Assembly: GCA_900320425.1 (NCBI GenBank)
Contig: ONSF01000010.1
Span: 1 to 32,112 of the forward strand
Reading direction: 5' to 3'
Origin: an uncultured Eubacteriales bacterium
GTDB lineage: Bacteria > Bacillota_I > Bacilli_A > RF39 > UBA660
DNA: 32,112 nt
Part shown: one piece after another, positions 1 through 8,938 of the stretch
How positions within the stretch are numbered: position 1 is the stretch's first letter
How the letters are laid out: every line of letters begins with the position of its first letter
Program-made: the position numbers and the translations under genes
The notes under the pieces: generated by a model
The model's input: the letters and a program-made list of their open reading frames with translations, nothing else
What the model was told of the DNA's origin: nothing
The model's database searches: none

Positions 1-51
1 TAATATACAGGGTAGCGACTATCCAGTGTGTCTTTGAGAGTTTCTCTTGAA

Positions 52-76
52 GAAAAAAAGAAACCGTGAGGTTTCT
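52..76 (-). terminator. Intrinsic terminator-like hairpin (AGAAACC-TCAC-GGTTTCT then T-run on the minus strand)
   Basis: Perfect 7-bp inverted repeat at 59-76. The A-run at 53-59 reads as a U-tract on the minus strand. Confidence 0.5.
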
Positions 77-112
77 AATGTGAAATTCATAGAATTTTAC
101 TTTTGTTCTATT

Positions 113-141
113 AAAAAGATTACTGATTATCAGCAATCCTT
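113..141 (-). terminator. Intrinsic terminator of the response regulator/histidine kinase operon
   Basis: Minus strand reads GATTGCTGA-TAA-TCAGTAATC then TTTTT, about 15 nt after the kinase stop codon. Confidence 0.7.
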
Positions 142-155
142 AATTTTATGAACTT

Positions 156-1562
156 TTATTTTTTCTGTTCCTTTTTTTCTTTTGGAATAATAAACCAAAA
201 AGTTGAACCTTCGTTTTCTTTTGAATTAATTCCATATTTAAAATGATGAAGTTCAAAAATATTTTTTACAATCGATAGCCCAATTCCTGTTCCAATTGTG
301 TTTCTTTTATATTTCTTTTCACTTTTATAATACTTATCCCAAACTTTATCTAGTTCTTCTTTTTTTATTCCTTTTCCTGTATCTTTAATTTCTACTTGAA
401 TATTTTTTTTATTTTCTAAAATATTAATAAATATTTTATGATCACTTCCTGTATAATTAATAGCATTACCAACTAAATTATAGATTACTTGTTCTAATTT
501 TTGTTTGTCTGCATCTATATAAAGAGGTTTATTATAATTAAAAATAAATTCATAGTTTTTGGTATAAGAAAATATTCTAAAACGATTTAGTATGGTATTA
601 ATAAGTCCTGTTAAATCAATTTGTTCTATATTTAATTTTTCCATATTACTTTCTAGTTTAGATAAACTTAAAATATCATTTACTAAAATGGTTAATCTAT
701 CTACTTCTTCAATCATAATATTCATATTATTTTCATGTTTTTCTTTCGATACTTCTAAATCTCTTTCCATCTCAGCATAGGCTTTAATCATTGTAAGAGG
801 AGTTTTTAAATCATGAGATACATTAGAAAGTAAGTCTCGTCTTATTTCATCAGTTTTTTGAATTTCATTTTTAGCATAATCAAGACTTTGTCCTAATTCT
901 TTTATTTCTAAAATATCACTTTCAACGTTAAAATTAACATTAAAGTTTCTATTTGATAAAGCTTTAGCTGATTTGGTTAATTTAGAAATTGGAGTACTTA
1001 AAGATTTAGATATAAAGTATGCAACAATGGTTGCAAGAATTATAACAATAAACGAAACTATTAAAAATTGGTTTTTTAAAACATTTATTGTTGTGTCGAT
1101 TGGTTCTAGAGAAGTATTTACAAATAAATAGTCATTAGAATTTAATTTTACTCCATATAGAAGTGTTAAATTATTAAATCTTGGATTTACTATTTTTAAT
1201 TTAAAAGAATTTTTATTACTTTCCATGAACTCTAGTTTTTCTTCAAAGACTTTTTGATTGTTATTGGTATCAAAACAACCTTTACTGTTTTGAATATTTG
1301 AATAAATATTTCCATTTTCACTAGTTATTTCAACACAAAAATCTGTGTTATATGCAACTTCTTCTAAAATACTTGCAAAGTTTTCTTTGTTATAGTTGTT
1401 TTTGATTAAATTTAGGGTAGAATTTAATTCTTTAGTTTTATAATACTCATAATAATTATTTAAAAGTAATATTTGTAACATCCACAAGAATATTAAAATT
1501 AAAATAGAGAAGATACTAAGATATAAAAATATTTTTAAATTTAAACTTTTAATTTTTTTCAT
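156..1562 (-). CDS. Membrane sensor histidine kinase (2 TM, HAMP, HisKA, HATPase_c)
   Basis: H-box SHDLKTPLT, N-box NLVGNAINY, G1 DTGKGI, G2 GTGIGLSIV. Overlaps the upstream regulator gene by 14 nt. Confidence 0.95.
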   Translation of the reverse strand: MKKIKSLNLKIFLYLSIFSILILIFLWMLQILLLNNYYEYYKTKELNSTLNLIKNNYNKENFASILEEVAYNTDFCVEITSENGNIYSNIQNSKGCFDTNNNQKVFEEKLEFMESNKNSFKLKIVNPRFNNLTLLYGVKLNSNDYLFVNTSLEPIDTTINVLKNQFLIVSFIVIILATIVAYFISKSLSTPISKLTKSAKALSNRNFNVNFNVESDILEIKELGQSLDYAKNEIQKTDEIRRDLLSNVSHDLKTPLTMIKAYAEMERDLEVSKEKHENNMNIMIEEVDRLTILVNDILSLSKLESNMEKLNIEQIDLTGLINTILNRFRIFSYTKNYEFIFNYNKPLYIDADKQKLEQVIYNLVGNAINYTGSDHKIFINILENKKNIQVEIKDTGKGIKKEELDKVWDKYYKSEKKYKRNTIGTGIGLSIVKNIFELHHFKYGINSKENEGSTFWFIIPKEKKEQKK

Positions 1563-2217
1563 AAATAAACTTATATCCTATACTTCTAACGGTTACTATA
1601 ATATCTCGATAATTACCTAATTTATTTCGTAATATCTTTATATGAGTATCAATTGTTCTATCATCTCCAAAATAATCATATCCCCAAACTTTATTTAATA
1701 TTTGTTCACGAGTTATAGCTGTATTGGGGTTTTCTATAAAATATTTTAATAAATCAAATTCTTTAGGTGTAATACTTATTTCTTCATTATCTACATATAA
1801 AACTCGTCCTTTAAAGTCTACTCTAATTCCAAGATAAGTAAATTCATTAATATCTTCTTTTTTATATCTCTTAGCAATCGCTTTTATTCTTGCAATTAAT
1901 TCTTTAGGAGAAAATGGTTTAGTTAAATAATCATCAATTCCAATTGAAAATCCAAATAATTTATCATATTCTTCTCCTCTTGCTGATAAAACAATGGTTG
2001 GTATTTGATATTTTTCTTTCATTTTAGAAAAGAAGGTATATCCATCCATCTTAGGCATCATAATATCAAGAACAATAATATCAACAGAGTTACTTTCTAA
2101 TATTTCAAGTCCATCAATCCCGTTTTCAGCTTCTAAAACTGAAAATCCTTCATTTAAACAATATTCTTTAACAACATCGCGAATTAAACTTTCATCATCA
2201 ATAATTAAAACATTCAT
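1549..2217 (-). CDS. OmpR/PhoB-family response regulator
   Basis: Receiver motifs LIIDDE, LDIMMPKMDG, DDYLTKPF. Winged-helix RTIDTHIKILRNKL...TVRSIGYKF. Confidence 0.95.
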   Translation of the reverse strand: MNVLIIDDESLIRDVVKEYCLNEGFSVLEAENGIDGLEILESNSVDIIVLDIMMPKMDGYTFFSKMKEKYQIPTIVLSARGEEYDKLFGFSIGIDDYLTKPFSPKELIARIKAIAKRYKKEDINEFTYLGIRVDFKGRVLYVDNEEISITPKEFDLLKYFIENPNTAITREQILNKVWGYDYFGDDRTIDTHIKILRNKLGNYRDIIVTVRSIGYKFIYEKN

Positions 2218-2227
2218 AAAATCACCA

Positions 2228-2265
2228 ATTATAATTATAATGGTATTTTATGAAGATTTGGTGAA
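2228..2265 (-). promoter_or_regulatory. Putative autoregulatory OmpR-type direct-repeat box with -10 TATAAT
   Basis: Minus strand TTCACCAAAT-C-TTCATAAAAT (11-bp period) upstream of tandem TATAAT hexamers at 2228-2239. Confidence 0.5.
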
Positions 2266-2272
2266 AATTTTG

Positions 2273-2623
2273 TTATTTTTTTAAAAAAATTCCAATCATT
2301 GAACCAATTGTTGTAATAATTATTAAAATAAAATAATAAAGTAGGGTAGTAATTTTAAAATTTTTGGTAAAAATAGTTACGATAAAAAATAAAATAGAAA
2401 GAATAGAACCAAATATTATGCCTTTTATATATCCTTTTTGATTACTATACATTCCTATTTTAAAACCTCCTAAAAATGAAGATAATAAAACAATAATTAA
2501 CTTAAAATATTTCATTCCATTTATAGAAATAATATCAAAATAATAACCTATAGTTACTATAAATAATAAAACTAGAAATGGAACTAAAAAATATAAAAAA
2601 GAAATTAAATATTTTTTTAACAT
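2273..2623 (-). CDS. Four-TM membrane protein, TIGR04086/YrzE-like
   Basis: Four hydrophobic segments with the GGFKIG...KGYIKGIIFG and IGSMIG patterns typical of this spore-former family. Confidence 0.7.
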   Translation of the reverse strand: MLKKYLISFLYFLVPFLVLLFIVTIGYYFDIISINGMKYFKLIIVLLSSFLGGFKIGMYSNQKGYIKGIIFGSILSILFFIVTIFTKNFKITTLLYYFILIIITTIGSMIGIFLKK

Positions 2624-2638
2624 ATAATCACCTAATAA

Positions 2639-2667
2639 AAAATATGATTAAAATAAAAAAAAATACT
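2639..2667 (-). promoter_or_regulatory. Possible mother-cell sigma-E-type promoter
   Basis: Minus strand AGTATTT-N14-CATATTTT just upstream of the RBS (AGGTGA). The AT-rich background lowers specificity. Confidence 0.35.
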
Positions 2668-2671
2668 TAAC

Positions 2672-3244
2672 TTAAGCAATTTTTCTTTTTCCTGGTAAAT
2701 TATTTTTTATTGCACCTTCAAGGAAGATATCGATTGCACTATGACTGTTTTCTTTTAATTTATCTTCAACATAGGTAAGTAATTTTTTTAAGGTTTTAAG
2801 ACTTAAATTAGAAATACAATGTTGCATTAGACTAATATCATAAAAATCAATTAAAGTATGATAAATATCTTCTAAATCTTTTTCTTCTAATTCCTTTATA
2901 AATTTAGTAGCATCTTCAAGATAAATTTTTCTTGCTTCAATTATTTTCTTTCGAAGTAAAGCATTTTTTTCTTCTTGATTTTGGTTATTATTATTTTTAA
3001 AATTTATTTTTTCTAGATAGTTAGAAGAAATTAATTCTTTTTCTACTAAACTAGTAACAAATTTTTTCATTTCAAAAGATACTTCCATATCTTGATAATA
3101 TTTTTTTATAAAAGTATTTAAACTTGTTGTATTATGATTTAATAAATCTGTTTTTATTTCTTTAATTTCATCTTTATAGATTGTATCTAAAAACTCTAAT
3201 TGTTTTATTATTTCTTCTATAATTCTTTCTTCAAGTAAATTCAT
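2672..3244 (-). CDS. Hypothetical helical/coiled-coil cytoplasmic protein (190 aa)
   Basis: Long ORF with RBS GAGGTG. No recognisable motif. Confidence 0.75.
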   Translation of the reverse strand: MNLLEERIIEEIIKQLEFLDTIYKDEIKEIKTDLLNHNTTSLNTFIKKYYQDMEVSFEMKKFVTSLVEKELISSNYLEKINFKNNNNQNQEEKNALLRKKIIEARKIYLEDATKFIKELEEKDLEDIYHTLIDFYDISLMQHCISNLSLKTLKKLLTYVEDKLKENSHSAIDIFLEGAIKNNLPGKRKIA

Positions 3245-3369
3245 TAAATCACCTCAATTTCTTCTGATTTTTTATTGGGATTTAATTCTTCTAATATTTC
3301 TAAAAGGAGAGTTAAATCTTTAATATTTAATTTTTGTAAATTTAAGTCACTTAAGATATTATCATTCAT
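3244..3369 (-). CDS. Small hypothetical protein (41 aa, MNDNILSDLNLQKLNIKDLTLLLEILEELNPNKKSEEIEVI), not in the ORF track
   Basis: RBS GAGGA upstream of the ATG at 3369. Its TAA overlaps the next ATG (TAATG). A sigma-A promoter lies directly upstream. Confidence 0.7.
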   Translation of the reverse strand: MNDNILSDLNLQKLNIKDLTLLLEILEELNPNKKSEEIEVI

Positions 3370-3392
3370 ATGTATTCCTCTATTCTTTAAAT

Positions 3393-3421
3393 AGTATAAC
3401 AAAAAAAACATAATTTGTAAA
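3393..3421 (-). promoter_or_regulatory. Sigma-A promoter for the 41-aa/190-aa operon
   Basis: Minus strand TTTACA-N17-TATACT with extended -10 TG. Confidence 0.65.
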
Positions 3422-3441
3422 TTAAATTATATATTTTTAGT

Positions 3442-4098
3442 ATGAAAACTAGATTTTTAAAGTTAATAATAATTCTGTTTGTTATCATTATTTTATCTTT
3501 TATATTTCTTATTTTTTTAAATAAAAAAGTATCTCCTCTTTATATGGAATATGCTGAGTCGGAAATGGAAAGGGTAGTAACAACAGTTATTAATAAAAGT
3601 GTTTCAGAGTGTAGTATAAGTGATAATTTATTTTTAATGAAAAAAGATTATGATAATACTGTGATTGTAGATTATGATCCTGTAGTTTTAAATAAAATAA
3701 TTGGCGAAATATCAAATAGAGTATCAAATGATTTAAAATTAATAGGTAAAAAAGATTTTGACACTTTAAAAAAATATGATTTGGATATTAGTACTTTTTA
3801 TATTCCATCAGGAATAATATTTCATTCTATTTTTTTAAATAATTTAGGACCAAAAATTCCAATTTTTATGGAACCTATTAGTAGTATAAATCCTAATATT
3901 GAAACTAAAGTAACGGAGTATGGGATTAATAATTCTTTAATTGAAGTAAATATTAAAGTCGTAGTCAATATCAAAATGATTTTACCAACATCATCTAAAA
4001 ATAATAAAATAATGGTAATCGTTCCTTTAACAGTAAAAATTATTCAAGGAAATATTCCTGAATATTATTTTGGGTCATTAAATAAAAAAAACAACTAA
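3442..4098 (+). CDS. yunB: Sporulation protein YunB
   Basis: N-terminal TM, IPSGII...NNLGPKIPI, EYGINNSLIEV and C-terminal IIQGNIPEYY, all YunB hallmarks. Confidence 0.9.
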   Translation: MKTRFLKLIIILFVIIILSFIFLIFLNKKVSPLYMEYAESEMERVVTTVINKSVSECSISDNLFLMKKDYDNTVIVDYDPVVLNKIIGEISNRVSNDLKLIGKKDFDTLKKYDLDISTFYIPSGIIFHSIFLNNLGPKIPIFMEPISSINPNIETKVTEYGINNSLIEVNIKVVVNIKMILPTSSKNNKIMVIVPLTVKIIQGNIPEYYFGSLNKKNN

Positions 4099-5402
4099 AT
4101 TATATCAGTTGCTTCTTTATCTATAATATCAATAATTTCATTATTACTATTAATGATATCTATATTATTATTTGGAATATCTTTTATAGAATTTTCTTCA
4201 TATTTTTCATCTAATACTGTATCAATTGCTACATTTTTATAAATTTCTTCAAAAGTAGTAATACCATCTAGTACTTTTTGTAGTCCATCTTGAAGAAGAG
4301 TTGTTACATCACTTGTATATACAAGTTCTCTTAATTTTCCTCTTGGTAAATTATTGTTATTAATTGCTTCTCTTATTTCATCGTTTATTAATAATACTTC
4401 TTGAATTGCAATACGACCATAGTAGCCATTTCTACAGTTATCACATTGACCATTGACATCTTCAATTTCTAAAACATCTTTTCCAAGTACTTCTTTAAAT
4501 ACAGCTTTTTCATAGTTCGTTGTAGGTCGTTTTTTTCGACAATGTTTACAAAGACGTCTGGCAAGTTTTTGAGATACAATTCCAGTTAAGGCACTTGATA
4601 ATAAATATCTTTCAACATTCATATCTAAAAGTCTTTCAATTGTTGATAGTGAATTATTGGTATGAACGGTTGAAAAAACTAAATGTCCAGTAATGGATGC
4701 TCGAACAGCAATTTGAGCAGTTTCAGTGTCACGAATTTCTCCAATTAAAATAATATTAGGATCTTGTCTTAATATACTTCTTAAAACTCTACCAAAAGTA
4801 AGTCCAATTTCTGAGTTAACTTGAACTTGATTAATTCCTTCAATGTTCATTTCTATTGGGTCTTCAACAGTTATAATGTTAGTTTCTTCGTTATTTAAAT
4901 ATTGAAGCATGGTATAACATGTGGTACTTTTACCAGTTCCTGTTGCACCAGTTATTAGAATAATTCCGTTTGGTACTTCAATCATTTTTTTTATTTTAGC
5001 AAGATTTTTTTCGGTAAATCCAAGGGACTCTAATCCTTCACGACTTTTTGAATAGTCTAGAATACGAATAACAATTTTTTCTCCTAAATTAGTTGCAAGT
5101 GATGAAACACGCATATCTAAATCAATTCCATTTATAGTATCTTTAATTGCACCATCTTGAGGAAGTCGTGATTCAGTAATATTCATATTTGAAATTAACT
5201 TAAGTCTCGTTGTTAAATTTTTTTCATATTTTAAAGGGACTAAAGTATGATCTTGTAAAACCCCATCAATACGAAGTCTTACTTTTAAACCATTTTCTTC
5301 GGGATCAAAATGAATATCACTTGCTCTTTTACTTACGGCATAAATAATCATATTATTACAAATGTTAGCTATTTCTTCATTTTGAAAATCGTATTCTATC
5401 AT
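4095..5402 (-). CDS. GspE/PulE-family (PilB/ComGA-like) type IV filament assembly ATPase
   Basis: ASDIHFDP, RLPQDG, Walker A GATGTGKST, TVEDPIE, LRQDPNIILIGEIRD, TGHLVFSTVH and zinc motif CKHC...CDNC. No N-terminal MshEN domain. Confidence 0.93.
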   Translation of the reverse strand: MIEYDFQNEEIANICNNMIIYAVSKRASDIHFDPEENGLKVRLRIDGVLQDHTLVPLKYEKNLTTRLKLISNMNITESRLPQDGAIKDTINGIDLDMRVSSLATNLGEKIVIRILDYSKSREGLESLGFTEKNLAKIKKMIEVPNGIILITGATGTGKSTTCYTMLQYLNNEETNIITVEDPIEMNIEGINQVQVNSEIGLTFGRVLRSILRQDPNIILIGEIRDTETAQIAVRASITGHLVFSTVHTNNSLSTIERLLDMNVERYLLSSALTGIVSQKLARRLCKHCRKKRPTTNYEKAVFKEVLGKDVLEIEDVNGQCDNCRNGYYGRIAIQEVLLINDEIREAINNNNLPRGKLRELVYTSDVTTLLQDGLQKVLDGITTFEEIYKNVAIDTVLDEKYEENSIKDIPNNNIDIINSNNEIIDIIDKEATDII

Positions 5403-5429
5403 ACTCCACCTCCTTCTTATTCTATAAAT

Positions 5430-5458
5430 ATTATATCTTATTTTTTTTAATAGAACAA
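5430..5458 (-). promoter_or_regulatory. Sigma-A-like promoter of the PilB/ComGA-like gene
   Basis: Minus strand TTGTTC-N17-TATAAT, followed by a strong RBS AGGAGGTG. Confidence 0.5.
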
Positions 5459-5597
5459 GTCCTAAAATCGTATAATTTTGTCAAGTTAGTGTTAAGAGGC
5501 TATTTTAGAAGAATTTGTAAATAAGTTTTAAAATAATGTAAAAAGGTCTAGATTTTTATAAATAGATTTTTTATAATGAAATAAAGGAGTAAAGAAA

Positions 5598-6818
5598 ATG
5601 GATATAGAATTAAAAAAAGCGTTATTAAAAGAAAAGAAAAGACAAAGTCAAAATATTGAACTTATTGCATCAGAAAATTATACTTCAAAAAGTGTTAGAG
5701 ACTTACAAGGAAGTATTTTAACTAATAAATATGCCGAAGGCTATCCTGGTTCAAGATATTATGGAGGGTGTGAATATATTGATATTTTTGAAAATAAAGC
5801 AATAGAATATGTAACCAAACTTTTTAAGGTAAAATATGCGAACGTTCAACCTCATAGTGGATCAAGTGCAAATATGGCCGTATATCGAGCACTTCTTAAT
5901 CATAAAGATAAAGTTTTAGGAATGAATTTATCTGATGGAGGACATTTAACTCATGGATATAAATTAAATTTTAGTGGAATAGATTACGATATTGTAAGTT
6001 ATGGATTAAATCCTCAAACTGAAAGACTTGATTATGATGAAATAGAGCGTATTGCATTAAAAGAAAAACCTAAAATGATTATAGCTGGGGCTAGTGCTTA
6101 TCCAAGGAAGATAGATTTTAAAAGATTTAGGGAAATTGCTGATAAAGTTGGGGCATATTTAATGGTTGATATGGCTCATATTGCAGGACTAGTTGCCGCA
6201 GGACTTCATGAAAATCCTTGTCTTTATGCAGATGTAGTAACTAGTACTACTCATAAAACTTTAAGAGGTCCAAGAGGTGGAATTATTTTAACTAATAACG
6301 AAGAAATTATTAAAAAAATAAATAAAGTAATATTTCCAGGAATTCAAGGTGGTCCTTTAATGCATGTTATTGCTGGAAAAGCTGAGTGTTTTTATGAAGC
6401 GCTTCTTCCTGAATTTATTAAATATCAAGAACAAGTTCTAAAAAATATTAAAGCTATGGTAGAAGTATTTAAGAAAAAAGGAGTTAAAATTATTTCAGGT
6501 GGAACGGATAATCATTTAATACTTGTTGATGTTTATAATAGTTTTGGTGTAACTGGGAAAGAGGCTGAAACAATTCTTGATAAAGCTCATATTACTTTAA
6601 ATAAAAATACGATTCCAAATGAAACTTTAAGTGCAATGAAAGCAAGTGGAGTTAGAATTGGAAGCCCAGCTATGACTACTCGTGGATTAAAAGAGAAAGA
6701 CTTTGAAGAGATTGCCGAGATAATCTATAATATTTTATCAAATCCAAAAGATAAAAAAATATTAAAAGATGAAACTAAAAGAGTACTTGAATTAACCAAA
6801 AAATATCCTTTAATATAA
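5598..6818 (+). CDS. glyA: Serine hydroxymethyltransferase
   Basis: [18 protein letters not shown] lysine motif [21 protein letters not shown]. Confidence 0.98.
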   Translation: MDIELKKALLKEKKRQSQNIELIASENYTSKSVRDLQGSILTNKYAEGYPGSRYYGGCEYIDIFENKAIEYVTKLFKVKYANVQPHSGSSANMAVYRALLNHKDKVLGMNLSDGGHLTHGYKLNFSGIDYDIVSYGLNPQTERLDYDEIERIALKEKPKMIIAGASAYPRKIDFKRFREIADKVGAYLMVDMAHIAGLVAAGLHENPCLYADVVTSTTHKTLRGPRGGIILTNNEEIIKKINKVIFPGIQGGPLMHVIAGKAECFYEALLPEFIKYQEQVLKNIKAMVEVFKKKGVKIISGGTDNHLILVDVYNSFGVTGKEAETILDKAHITLNKNTIPNETLSAMKASGVRIGSPAMTTRGLKEKDFEEIAEIIYNILSNPKDKKILKDETKRVLELTKKYPLI

Positions 6819-6848
6819 AAATTAAGATGAAATAGTCTTAATTTTTTT
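6817..6848 (+). terminator. Intrinsic terminator after glyA
   Basis: AAAAATTAAGA...TCTTAATTTTT inverted repeat followed by a T-run. Confidence 0.65.
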
Positions 6849-6855
6849 GCTTTGG

Positions 6856-6884
6856 TTGACAATTTAAGAGATTTATGATACAAT
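6856..6884 (+). promoter_or_regulatory. Near-consensus sigma-A promoter
   Basis: TTGACA-N17-TACAAT with extended TG. This makes the ATG at 6885 unlikely to be the real start. Confidence 0.75.
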
Positions 6885-6911
6885 ATGAGCGCTAAAAAAG
6901 GAGTGGGGTTT

Positions 6912-8228
6912 ATGGAAAATAAAAGAATAAGAAAAGAAATTGATAGAATTTTTAAATTACTAGGACGTAAAAGTCATGTATCAAGAAATTTAACTTATGA
7001 AGATTATTTAAAACTAAATAAAAAGGACAAGCTAAAAGTAAATTTACAACTAGAAAAAGAATTTAATAAAATTGATGATTACAATTATACAAGGTTTCTA
7101 GATAGAATTTATAATTTAAATCGTGTTGTAGAAACTTCGTTTGGAAAAATTGAAAATAAAGATGATTTTCTAAATTTATTAACTGATATTGAGTGGAAAG
7201 AAACTGAATCTAAGAAAGGCTTCTTTAGAAAAATTGGTAATAAACTATTAGAATTTGGTAAAAAGATAAATGATACTACTATGGTAGAGGATATAAAAGA
7301 AGATAAGAAAAATATGCCTTTACCTAATAAAGTTAAGGAAATTTCAAAGAAGATTCCTTTACCTAAAGATGAAATTCCAAAAGTACCATATTTCGATTTA
7401 CCAAAAAGAGGTAAGGTAAAAGAACCTGAAGAAGTATTAGAACCAATTGAAGAAGTATTAGAACCAGTTATTGTAGAAAAACCAAAAGAAGAAATAAAAA
7501 ATTATACAGAAGAAGTCAATAAACTTTTATCTCAAAATAATACTTTATTGTTAAATAGTGGAGATAATATTCATTATGAAAGAAAAAGAGAACCAAGAAT
7601 AAAGCAAAATATTGAAACTAAGAAAGCACCAATTATTTTACCTGAAAAGCTTGATTCTTATGAAGATTTAAAACAAGATACAAAATTAGTATTACCTGGA
7701 AACCATAATAAAGGAATTCAAAAAAATATTAATTCTGAATATGTTGGAAAACATTTAAAAAAAGAAAATAAACTAGATACTAGTAATCAAAAAGAAACTT
7801 TATCTTTAAGAAGACAAGAATTAATTAAAGATTTAGAAAATGCTTTATTAAGACTTAATTTTAGAATGAATCAAAATTATAATGAATTAAGAAATAATGA
7901 ATTAATTATTAAAGAAACAGAACAATATACTACTATTTATGATTCTAGAATAAGAAATACTAAAGAGTATCGTGAAGCAATGGATGAAAGAAATCATGCT
8001 ATAAATAGAAGTGAAGAATTAAGAACTGTTATTAATAGAGAAGAAGAGTTATATAAAGAATCAAAAAGTCGTTTATTAAGACTTAAGGAAGTTGAAAATA
8101 AAAATAGAGAGATTTCTAATATAGAAGTAATAACTAATAATAATGAAAAGAAAACCATTTATTTAACACCAAGTCTTAATATTCGTGAAAAAATAATTTA
8201 TGATGAAAATTTGAAAAGAACAAAATAA
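6912..8228 (+). CDS. Hypothetical protein (~438 aa) with Pro/Glu-rich linker and C-terminal coiled coil; no signal peptide
   Basis: Start moved from 6885 to the ATG at 6912, which follows RBS AAGGAG and lies downstream of the promoter. Confidence 0.75.
   Translation: MENKRIRKEIDRIFKLLGRKSHVSRNLTYEDYLKLNKKDKLKVNLQLEKEFNKIDDYNYTRFLDRIYNLNRVVETSFGKIENKDDFLNLLTDIEWKETESKKGFFRKIGNKLLEFGKKINDTTMVEDIKEDKKNMPLPNKVKEISKKIPLPKDEIPKVPYFDLPKRGKVKEPEEVLEPIEEVLEPVIVEKPKEEIKNYTEEVNKLLSQNNTLLLNSGDNIHYERKREPRIKQNIETKKAPIILPEKLDSYEDLKQDTKLVLPGNHNKGIQKNINSEYVGKHLKKENKLDTSNQKETLSLRRQELIKDLENALLRLNFRMNQNYNELRNNELIIKETEQYTTIYDSRIRNTKEYREAMDERNHAINRSEELRTVINREEELYKESKSRLLRLKEVENKNREISNIEVITNNNEKKTIYLTPSLNIREKIIYDENLKRTK
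7427..7466 (+). repeat. In-frame tandem duplication with 21-bp period (EEVLEP twice)
   Basis: TGAAGAAGTATTAGAACCA at 7427-7445 and 7448-7466. Confidence 0.85.
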
Positions 8229-8246
8229 AAAAGGAGGTTTTTGTTT

Positions 8247-8861
8247 ATGAATAAAGATGAATTATTAAAATTAAAGAAAGAATTATTTGAAGCTAAGAAA
8301 GATTTATATTATGCAACAAGATTTTCAGAATTAAATGAAAGAGGATTGGTTGTTGATGCAATTGATGAAATAAGTAAAGCTGATATTTTAAGTGAATATG
8401 CTGCTACTGGGGAACAAGCATTAATTGATTATCTTGAAAATTCTTTTGAAACTATTATTCGTGGATATGCAGAATCTGGTGAAGATTTAAAAGAAATAGA
8501 AGTATCAATGGGAATGTATTGTTTTATTCCAAAAGATATGCAAGAAAAAATAGTAGAAGGAAAATATGATTACTATTTACCTAAAAAAGCATTCAATAAA
8601 GATAAAATTCTTAATGATTTACAAAGTGTATATGTTTGGTTTAATTCTAATATAGAAAATCTACCAGCTGATGATTTCTTAGATCAAAAAACTCTTTATA
8701 AAAACTTTATTGTTAACTATAATAAATTAGTTTCTATGCTTAAAGTTAGAGGATTTGAATTAAGTTTTAAAACAACTGAAGAATTTTTAAATGAACAATT
8801 AAATGGAAAAATGGCTAAAATTGTTATAGATTTTCAAAAAGAAAAGAAAAATAATAAATAA
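8247..8861 (+). CDS. Hypothetical cytoplasmic protein (~204 aa)
   Basis: RBS AAGGAGG at 8231-8237 favours the ATG at 8247. No recognisable motif. Confidence 0.75.
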   Translation: MNKDELLKLKKELFEAKKDLYYATRFSELNERGLVVDAIDEISKADILSEYAATGEQALIDYLENSFETIIRGYAESGEDLKEIEVSMGMYCFIPKDMQEKIVEGKYDYYLPKKAFNKDKILNDLQSVYVWFNSNIENLPADDFLDQKTLYKNFIVNYNKLVSMLKVRGFELSFKTTEEFLNEQLNGKMAKIVIDFQKEKKNNK

Positions 8862-8868
8862 GATATTT

Positions 8869-8896
8869 AGAACAAGATAAAAATTGTTCTTTTTTT
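8869..8896 (+). terminator. Intrinsic terminator
   Basis: AGAACAA...TTGTTCT stem followed by a T-run. Confidence 0.6.
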
Positions 8897-8938
8897 GTGA
8901 TTTAATTTACGTTATAATATATATAGAAAGAAGGTTTT

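Noticed and set aside
592-780. 62-aa plus-strand ORF
   Set aside because: Antisense shadow inside the histidine kinase gene; no RBS.
5403-5597. ZTP or other riboswitch upstream of glyA
   Set aside because: No conserved riboswitch motif or convincing stems seen; the region looks like divergent promoters.
6885-6911. ORF-track start at 6885 (similarly 10547, 13291, 25474, 26028, 26548)
   Set aside because: Downstream ATGs fit RBS, promoter or gene-coupling geometry better, so starts were reassigned.
7427-7466. Repeat as CRISPR array or contingency locus
   Set aside because: Only two in-frame copies inside a coding linker; no spacers or cas genes in the window.
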